DNA of 64,000 bases from NCBI GenBank assembly GCA_964016885.1, contig OZ024740.1, positions 107,942,001 to 108,006,000 on the forward strand. Direction: 5' to 3'. Shown piece after piece: positions 59,501-64,000 of this stretch. Source of the DNA: Eledone cirrhosa. Lineage: Eukaryota. Made by a program: the position numbers and the translations under genes. The notes beneath the pieces are model-generated. The model was given only the letters and a program-made list of their open reading frames with translations, was not told the origin of the DNA and made no database searches. Numbering within the stretch: position 1 is the stretch's first letter; every line of letters begins with the position of its first letter.

Positions 59501-62500
59501 TGTAGGCTGAGTGAATGTTATTGTGACACCAACACTTCCACTTTACAGTGTGGGCTGAGTGAATGTTATTATGACACCAACACTTCCACTTTACAGTGTG
59601 GGATGAGTGAATGTTATTGTGACACCAACACTTCCACTTTACAGTGTGGGCTGAGTGAATGTTATTGTAACACCAACACTTTCACTTTACAGTGTGGGCT
59701 GAGTGAATGTTATTGTGACACCAACACTTCCACTTTACAGTGTGGGCTGAGTGAATGTTATTGTGTCACCAGTACTACCACTTTACATTTACAGTGTAGG
59801 CTGAGTGAATGTTATTGTGACACCAACACTTCCACTTTACAGTGTGGGCTGAGTGAATGTTATTGTGACACCAACACTTCCACTTTACAGTGTGGGCTGA
59901 GTGAATGTTATTGTGACACCAACACTTTCACTTTACAGTGTGGGCTGAGTGAATGTTATTATGACACCAACACTTCCACTTTACAGTGTGGGATGAGTGA
60001 ATGTTATTGTGACACCAACACTTCCACTTTACAGTGTGGGCTGAGTGAATGTTATTGTGACACCAACACTTCCACTTTACAGTGTGGGCTGAGTGAATGT
60101 TATGACACCAACACTTCCACTTTACAGTGTGGGCTGAGTGAATGTTATTGTGACACCAACACTTCCACTTTACAGTGTGGGCTGAGTGAATGTTATTGTG
60201 ACACCAACACTTCCACTTTACAGTGTGGGCTGAGTGAATGTTATTGTGTCACCAGTACTACCACTTTACAGTGTAGGCTGAGTGAATGTTATTGTGACAC
60301 CAACACTTTCACTTTACAGTGTGGGCTGAGTGAATGTTATTATGACACCAACACTTCCACTTTACAGTGTGGGATGAGTGAATGTTATTGTGACACCAAC
60401 ACTTCCACTTTACAGTGTGGGCTGAGTGAATGTTATTGTGACACCAACACTTCCACTTTACAGTGTGGGCTGAGTGAATGTTATGACACCAACACTTCCA
60501 CTTTACAGTGTGGGCTGAGTGAATGTTATTGTGACACCAACACTTCCACTTTACAGTGTGGGCTGAGTGAATGTTATTGTAACACCAACACTTCCACTTT
60601 ACAGTGTGGGCTGAGTGAATGTTATTATGACACCAGTACTTCCACTTTACAGTGTGGGCTGAGTGAATGTTATTGTGACACCAGTACTACCATTTTACAG
60701 TGTGGGCTGAGTGAATGTTATTGTGACACCAACACTTCCACTTTACAGTGTGGGCTGAGTGAATGTTATTGTGACACCAACACTTCCACTTTACAGTGTG
60801 GGCTGAGTGAATGTTATGACACCAACACTTCCACTTTACAGTGTGGGCTGAGTGAATGTTATTGTGACACCAACACTTCCACTTTACAGTGTGGGCTGAG
60901 TGAATGTTATTGTAACACCAACACTTTCACTTTACATTGTGTGCTGAGTGAATGTTATTATGACACCAGTACTTCCACTTTACAGTGTGGGCTGAGTGAA
61001 TGTTATTGTGACACCAGTACTACCACTTTACAGTGTGGGCTGAGTGAATGTTATTATGACACCAACACTTCCACTTTACAGTGTGGGATGAGTGAATGTT
61101 ATTGTGACACCAACACTTCCACTTTACAGTGTGGGCTGAGTGAATGTTATTGTGACACCAACACTTCCACTTTACAGTGTGGGCTGAGTGAATGTTATGA
61201 CACCAACACTTCCACTTTACAGTGTGGGCTGAGTGAATGTTATTGTGACACCAACACTTCCACTTTACAGTGTGGGCTGAGTGAATGTTATTGTAACACC
61301 AACACTTCCACTTTACAGTGTGGGCTGAGTGAATGTTATTATGACACCAGTACTTCCACTTTACAGTGTGGGCTGAGTGAATGTTATTGTGACACCAGTA
61401 CTACCATTTTACAGTGTGGGCTGAGTGAATGTTATTGTGACACCAACACTTCCACTTTACAGTGTGGGCTGAGTGAATGTTATGACACCAACACTTCCAC
61501 TTTACAGTGTGGGCTGAGTGAATGTTATTGTGACACCAACACTTCCACTTTACAGTGTGGGCTGAGTGAATGTTATTGTAACACCAACACTTTCACTTTA
61601 CATTGTGTGCTGAGTGAATGTTATTATGACACCAGTACTTCCACTTTACAGTGTGGGCTGAGTGAATGTTATTGTGACACCAGTACTACCACTTTACAGT
61701 GTGGGCTGAGTGAATGTTATTATGACACCAACACTTCCACTTTACAGTGTGGGATGAGTGAATGTTATTGTGACACCAACACTTCCACTTTACAGTGTGG
61801 GCTGAGTGAATGTTATTGTGACACCAACACTTCCACTTTACAGTGTGGGCTGAGTGAATGTTATGACACCAACACTTCCACTTTACAGTGTGGGCTGAGT
61901 GAATGTTATTGTGACACCAACACTTCCACTTTACAGTGTGGGCTGAGTGAATGTTATTGTAACACCAACACTTCCACTTTACAGTGTGGGCTGAGTGAAT
62001 GTTATTATGACACCAGTACTTCCACTTTACAGTGTGGGCTGAGTGAATGTTATTGTGACACCAGTACTACCATTTTACAGTGTGGGCTGAGTGAATGTTA
62101 TTGTGACACCAACACTTCCACTTTACAGTGTGGGCTGAGTGAATGTTATTGTGACACCAACACTTCCACTTTACAGTGTGGGCTGAGTGAATGTTATGAC
62201 ACCAACACTTCCACTTTACAGTGTGGGCTGAGTGAATGTTATTGTGACACCAACACTTCCACTTTACAGTGTGGGCTGAGTGAATGTTATTGTAACACCA
62301 ACACTTTCACTTTACATTGTGTGCTGAGTGAATGTTATTATGACACCAGTACTTCCACTTTACAGTGTGGGCTGAGTGAATGTTATTGTGACACCAGTAC
62401 TACCACTTTACAGTGTGGGCTGGGTGAATGTTATTGTGACACCAGTACTACCACTTTACAGTGTGGGCTGAGTGAATGTTATTGTAACACCAACACTTCC

Positions 62501-64000
62501 ACTTTGCAGTGTGGGCTGAGTGAATGTTATTGTGACACCAGTACTACCTCTTTACAGTGTGGGCTGAGTGAATGTTATTGTGACACCAACACTTCCACTT
62601 TACAGTGTGGGCTGAGTGAATGTTATTGTGACACCAACACTTCCACTTTACAGTGTGGGCTGAGTGAATGTTATTATGACACCAACACTTCCACTTTACA
62701 GTGTGGGCTGAGTGATTGTTATTGTGACACCAACACTTCCACTTTACAGTGTGGGCTGAGTGAATGTTATTATGACACCAACACTTCCACTTTACAGTGT
62801 GGGCTGAGTGAATGTTATTGTGACACCAACACTTCCACTTTACAGTGTGGGCTGAGTGAATGTTATTGTAACACCAACACTTTCACTTTACAGTGTGGGC
62901 TGAGTGAATGTTATTGTAACACCAACACTTTCACTTTACAGTGTGGGCTGAGTGAATGTTATTGTGACACCAACACTTCCACTTTACAGTGTGGGCTGAG
63001 TGAATGTTATTGTAACACCAACACTTTCACTTTACAGTTTGGGCTGAGTAAATGTTATTGTAACACCAACACTTTCACTTTACAGTGTGGGCTGAGTGAA
63101 TGTTATTGTGACACCAACACTTCCACTTTACAGTGTGGGCTGAGTGAATGTTATTATGACACCAGTACTTCCACTTTACAGTGTGGGCTGAGTGAATGTT
63201 ATTGTAACACCAACACTTTCACTTTACAGTGTGGGCTGAGTGAATGTTATTGTGACACCAACACTACCACTTTACAGTGTGGGCTGAGTGAATGTTATTA
63301 TGACACCAGTACTTCCACTTTACAGTGTGGGCTGAGTGAATGTTATTGTGTCACCAGTACTACCACTTTACATTTACAGTGTAGGCTGAGTGAATGTTAT
63401 TGTGACACCAACACTTCCACTTTACAGTGTGGGCTGAGTGAATGTTATTATGACACCAACACTTCCACTTTACAGTGTGGGATGAGTGAATGTTATTGTG
63501 ACACCAACACTTCCACTTTACAGTGTGGGCTGAGTGAATGTTATTGTAACACCAACACTTTCACTTTACAGTGTGGGCTGAGTGAATGTTATTGTGACAC
63601 CAACACTTCCACTTTACAGTGTGGGCTGAGTGAATGTTATTGTGTCACCAGTACTACCACTTTACATTTACAGTGTAGGCTGAGTGAATGTTATTGTGAT
63701 ACCAACACTTCCACTTTACAGTGTGGGCTGAGTGAATGTTATTGTGACACCAACACTTCCACTTTACAGTGTGGGCTGAGTGAATGTTATTGTGACACCA
63801 ACACTTTCACTTTACAGTGTGGGCTGAGTGAATGTTATTATGACACCAACACTTCCACTTTACAGTGTGGGATGAGTGAATGTTATTGTGACACCAACAC
63901 TTCCACTTTACAGTGTGGGCTGAGTGAATGTTATTGTGACACCAACACTTCCACTTTACAGTGTGGGCTGAGTGAATGTTATGACACCAACACTTCCACT
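53511..64000. repeat. 48-bp satellite, ~218 copies, runs off the window end
   Basis: Unit ctttacagtgtgggctgagtgaatgttattgtgacaccaacacttcca. Confidence 0.98.

Noticed and set aside
53511-64000. CRISPR array
   Set aside because: No unique spacers, no cas genes, eukaryotic context.

Overview
Gene-poor, AT-rich animal DNA, most likely octopus/cephalopod (inferred from the SINE and LINE types, not proven). From about 1.3 to 52 kb, degenerate (TA)n/(TACA)n microsatellite hosts many retroelement insertions: RTE-clade LINEs of three subfamilies (one copy with an intact 1037-aa endonuclease-RT ORF; the C-terminal region of the RT carries a C4HC3 PHD-type finger), a 5'-truncated CR1-type LINE, five tRNA/CORE-type SINEs with RTE tails, a Meta-type SINE, and three copies of a ~610-bp non-coding retroposon. 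Many short Penelope-like element (PLE) ends are also present. By eye I can fold 17 type I hammerhead ribozymes (HHRs) plus one partial, from about 10 unrelated families. Several lie in fold-back palindromes that encode the ribozyme on both strands. The window ends in a 66-bp tandem repeat and a >10-kb 48-bp satellite that appears to derive from an RTE 3' UTR motif. No host gene is confidently seen, and almost all YIYI-type ORFs are microsatellite artefacts. All RNA folds and family names were assigned by eye, without computation.
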